Origin: Protoeuglena noctilucae
Taxonomy: Eukaryota
DNA length: 64,000 nt
Reading direction: 5' to 3'
NCBI GenBank assembly: GCA_958009085.1
Contig: OY253671.1
Coordinates: forward strand, 496,001 to 560,000
Shown here: piece after piece, positions 59,736-64,000 of the stretch
How positions within the stretch are numbered: the stretch's first letter is position 1
Layout: each line of letters begins with the position of its first letter
Notes under the pieces: generated by a model
The model's database searches: none
Told to the model about the DNA's origin: nothing
Seen by the model: only the letters and a program-made list of their open reading frames with translations
Translations under genes and position numbers: made by a program

Positions 59736-62700
59736 GGGCGGCGAGATGAGGGGCACGCCGGGCTTGGACCTGCGCATCCACGCGATGTACGTCGAGACCT
59801 TCTTGCCCGGCAGCTGCCCGCCCTCGCCCGGCTTGGCCCCCTGGGCGATCTTGATCTCGAGCTGGTCGGCGTTGACCAGGAAGTGCGGCGTGACGCCGAA
59901 GCGCCCCGACGCGACCTGCTTGATCTTGGACGTGGCCACGTCGCCGTTCCGGAGCCCCTTGAGGTGCGGGAGCTGCTGGGAGCGGCCCTCGCCGTCCACG
60001 TCGGACAGCACCTCCCACCGCACGGGGTCCTCCCCGCCCTCCCCGGAGTTGGACTTGCCGCCGATGCGGTTCATGGCCACCGCGATCGTCTCGTGCGTCT
60101 CCCGGGAGATGGCCCCGAGCGACATGCCCCCCGTGCAGAACCGCCGCATGATGTCCTCGACCGGCTCCACCTCGTCCACCGGCACTGGCTTCCGGTCGGA
60201 CTTGAACTCGAGCATGTCGCGCAGCACGTGGGCGGGGGAGTTCTTGAAGTGGTCCATGTAGGCGCGGTAGGCCTCCTCGACCTTGGCATTGCCGCCCAGG
60301 CCGATGGCCTTGTGCAGGAACTTGGCCATCTCCTGGTTGTTGGCGTGGTACTCCAGGCCCGTGCGGGACTGGATGAAGCCGTAGTTCTCCAGCTGCTTTA
60401 TGTCCTTCTCCGGGAACCCCTTGGCCCAGAACTCCTCGGCCTCGCGCTGCAGGTCGTCGACCGACATGCCGCCGATGCGCGACACGGAGCCCTTGAAGCA
60501 CCGGTCGACGACGTCGGCGCCCAGGCCGTAGATCTCGAAAATCTGCGCGCCGTGGTAGCAGCTGAGCAGGGAGATGCCCATCTTGGACAGGATCTTCTTC
60601 AGGCCCTTCTCCAGGCCGGACTTGAAGTTGCGCTGGGCGTCCTCGATCGTGATCATCGGGAGCTTGCCGCGGGCGATCAGGTTCTCCGTCCGGCTGCTCG
60701 TGCGCCACTGCCGCACCGCGTCGTAGGCCAGGTAAGGGCACACGGCATGCGCGCCGTAGCCCACCAGCGCCGCCGCGTGGTGCGTCGACACGCACGACGC
60801 GGTGTCCGCCACCAGCGACGTGTCGGAGCGGACGCCCTCGGCGATCAGGTGGTGGTGCACGGCGCCCACTGCCATCAGCATCGGGATGGGGGCCACCTGC
60901 GCGCGACGCAGGGACCGACAGGTCACCTCCCCGCAAAGGCGTGTCGCCACCACCCATGTCACATGTCATGTGCCAGGCTTCGGCGGCGCCCCGCGCGCCC
61001 CTCTCCGCGCGCGCAACGCACCTTGGGATCCATCTGGTCGAGGCGGTCCGAAAGGATGACGATCTCGCAGCCGTCGCGCACGGCCTTCTCCACCTCCTTG
61101 CAGAGGGTGTCGAGGGCCTTGGCGAGGGCCCCGGGCTTGCCGGCCTCGAAGCTGGTCGTGAAGGTGCGGGGCTTGAGGTCCGCCATGCCCTGCACGGCCT
61201 CCAGCTCCGACTCGAGGAGCATGGGCGACTTGAGGAGCACCTGGCGCACCGAGCCGGGGCCAGGCTGCAGCAGGTTGCCGCGGGCGCCCAGGCGCATCTC
61301 GAGGGACATGACGAGGCCCTCGCGGAGGGGGTCGATGGGCGGGTTGGTGACCTGGGCGAAGCGCTGCTTGAAGTAGTCGTATAGCATGTGGGGCTTGGCC
61401 GAGAGGACCGCCAGGGGGCTGTCGTCGCCCATGCAGTAGGTGGGCTCGATGCCGTTGGCCGCCATGTCCTCGATCACGAGCTGCGTGTCCTCGAGCGAGT
61501 ACCCGAACGCCGACTGCCTGCGCAGGGCGTCAGCCGCCGAGTAGGCCGGCTCGCTGAGGAACTTGGAGACGCCCATCTCGGACAGGCGGCGGAGGTCCTT
61601 GAGCCACTCGCCGTAGGGCTTGCGCGTGGCGACCTCCTTCGCGATCTGCTCGGGCTCGTAGAAGCGCCCGCTGTCGAGGTTGGCCAGGATCATCTGCCCG
61701 GGGCCCAGGCGGCCCTTGGACACAACGCGGCCCGCCTGCTGCGTGACCCAGTCCTCCCCCAGCACCCCGACCTCGGACGCCATGTAGGCCATGTTGTCGT
61801 CCGTGACCCAGAAGCGCGCCGGGCGCAGGCCGTTGCGGTCCAGGCGCGCGCCGACGTGCTTGCCGTCCGAGAAGACGAGCAGCGCCGGGCCGTCCCAGCC
61901 CTCCTGCAGGCCCTCGTAGTACTCGTAGAACGACACGGCCTCCGGGTAGTTCTTCTGCAGGTCCGGGTGGTTCCGGAACGCCTCCGGCACCAGCACCATC
62001 ATCGCCTCCTCCGCGGGCGAGCCGGTCTGGACCAGGAGCTCGGCGACGCGGTCCAGGTTGGCCGAGTCGGAGGCCCGGGGGTCGCAGAGGGGCATGAGGA
62101 TGCCCTCCTTGCCCGCCCAGTGCGGGTGCTTGAGGTCGTACTGCCGCGACGACACCCAGTTGAGGTTGCCCATGAGCGTGTTGATCTCGCCGTTGTGGCC
62201 CAGGAAACGCATGGGCTGCGCGGACGGAGCGGGAGGGGGCGGTGAGCGCGGGCACGGGGCCGGCAGGCGGGCGCGGGCGCACGGCCAGCTGCATGCGCAT
62301 GGGCACGGGCGGCGGTGAGCGCTGCGCCTCTCGCCTGCGCCAGCGGCCACCGGGGGTTGGTGTTGGTGGAGAAGCGCGTGTGGTAGATGGCGAAGTTGCT
62401 GACGTACGCCTCGTTCTGGAGGTCCTTGTAGAATTTGCCCAGCGCCTCGGTGCGCAGCATGCCCTTGTACACCATCGTGCGGCCCGACAGGGAGCAGAAG
62501 TAGCAGTCGTCCGCCGCGGCACCGACCTTGTCGCGAGTGGCGCGCTCGATGCCCTTGCGGAGGAGGTAGAGCGCCCGCTCCAGCTCCTGCCCCTCCAGCT
62601 TCTTGTCCGACTCGAAGACGACCTGCTTGATCACGGGCATGGTGGCCTTGGCCATGCGGCCCACCACGCTCACGTCCACGGGGACGTCGCGGACGCCCAC

Positions 62701-63405
62701 CACCTTGAACCCGTCCGCCGCCGCGACTTCGTTGACGATGGCCATGCACTGCGGGCGCGGGGGCGGGTGGCGAGGGGCGTCGCGCGTGCACGTGCCAAGA
62801 TGGCGCAGACTTCCTGCGTCGCCTGGGCGCGCCCGGCACCTTCTCGGCGACGGCCTTGTCTTGGGGAAGGAACAGCTGCCCCGCGCCCGCGTGGGGCCGC
62901 GAGAAGGCCGGCACGTCCTTGGCAATGATGTCCCAGGGGACCTGCGTCATGATGCCCACGCCATCACCCGAGAAGCCGTCCGCCGGGCACGCGCCTCGGT
63001 GGTCCATGCACCCCACGGCGTGGAGCGCCTGGGACACGACCTTGTGGCTCTTCTCCCCCTTCAGGTTGCTGATGAAGCCCACCTGCGCGGAGGCGCGACA
63101 GCCAGGCACCTCTTGCAGGGCCACGTACGGGCCGCGCAGCCGAGAAAACGCGCGCGACACCTGCGCATCCATGCATGAAAACACGGGAGCGACTCGGCGG
63201 GGCTCCTCACCCCGCACGCGTCAAGCTCCTTAAGGATCTCCTCCTGGCTTGCCGCGCTGGGGGCAGGGACCCCCTCCGGCTTCACCCGGGCGGCCGCGAC
63301 CACCGACCGGGCACCGGACTTGACTCCTGGAGCGGAGGGACGCGACGACAGGGCGCCGGCCCGGGCGCCCCGCGACGCTTCCTGCGAGCCAACGAGTTGG
63401 GAGGG
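58025..63405 (-). CDS. GLSF: Ferredoxin-dependent glutamate synthase (Fd-GOGAT), plastid; exact start of the transit peptide not resolved
   Basis: DACG|VGFI (N-terminal catalytic Cys), [76 protein letters not shown] and GERFAVRNS. Stop at 58025 with no fused NADH/beta subunit. Confidence 0.97.
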
Positions 63406-64000
63406 GTGGAACGCGGCAGGGGAGGGGCCGGGCGGTCCAGATGCAGGGCCTGCATCGAGATAAGAACGCGAAGAACGGATCGGCGACCGGCAAGCCGAGC
63501 CAGCGCCCTCCCCGGCGACGGGAGACGGCGCCCCGACGCCACCCCCTTTGGCTGCCTGGCCCAGGCGAGACGGGAGGGCGCCGGCCGACCGCCCGAGCCG
63601 GAGCGGAGCGTCGAAACTGGCCCGTATCGGGATCGCCGGGGGCAGGCCCAGGGGTGGCCAGGAACCTACGCCCCGTTGGAGGGCGCTGCGGGCGCGATTG
63701 CCGCGCGCACCGGCGCGGGCCGGCGAAGAAAGGGATCGGGTGGGAACGCCGACCGCACGGGTGCGATATATGGCGCGGCGGCTGCTCGCGGCGGCCCCAA
63801 TCCTGCTGGGGGCGGCAGCACGCTCGGCCGGAACCGCGCGGGGCCCGCCAGCCCCCTCGCAAGGCGCGCCATCGGGAGATAGGAGGGTCGGAGATCCCTT
63901 CGGCCCCCGCCAAATGCGACGCGCCGCCTGACCGGGCCCCACCCGCCCCACCTGCTCGATCCTCCCATCTCCCAGCGGCCTCTTGTCGTGCGCGCGCACC

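Noticed and set aside
1..64000. Introner-like mobile introns as an explanation for the many short introns
   Set aside because: I saw no shared sequence family, terminal inverted repeats or consistent target-site duplications among introns by eye. An all-vs-all intron alignment would be needed to exclude it fully.

Overview
This is a gene-dense, very GC-rich eukaryotic nuclear region from a photosynthetic and probably flagellated green alga. The evidence is plastid transit peptides on UROD, NhaD, an ABC1 kinase and Fd-GOGAT, plus FAP246/LRGUK-like and FAP174/MYCBP-like genes. The compact GC-rich style would fit a pedinophyte-like chlorophyte, but that is inference only. About 22 intron-containing protein-coding genes were reconstructed by hand, mostly with short (~65-170 nt) introns and often in tight head-to-head or tail-to-tail pairs. 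No rRNA, tRNA, CRISPR array or recognisable transposon was seen. The most striking signal is in splicing. About ten introns in eight genes appear to use GC donors, all of the form AG|GCGAG. One intron, in a conserved motif of the ABC1 kinase, appears to start with AT (AG|ATGAGT...CAG). Several proteins also have unusual features: a truncated hemoglobin with an apolar distal pocket, an ETF-QO with large insertions, a kinase with Asp->Lys in subdomain IX, a Cys-less transglutaminase-like domain, an EGF/TM/Cys-string membrane protein and an SQ/TQ-rich chromodomain-like protein. Gene spans include introns, and some 5'/3' ends are approximate.
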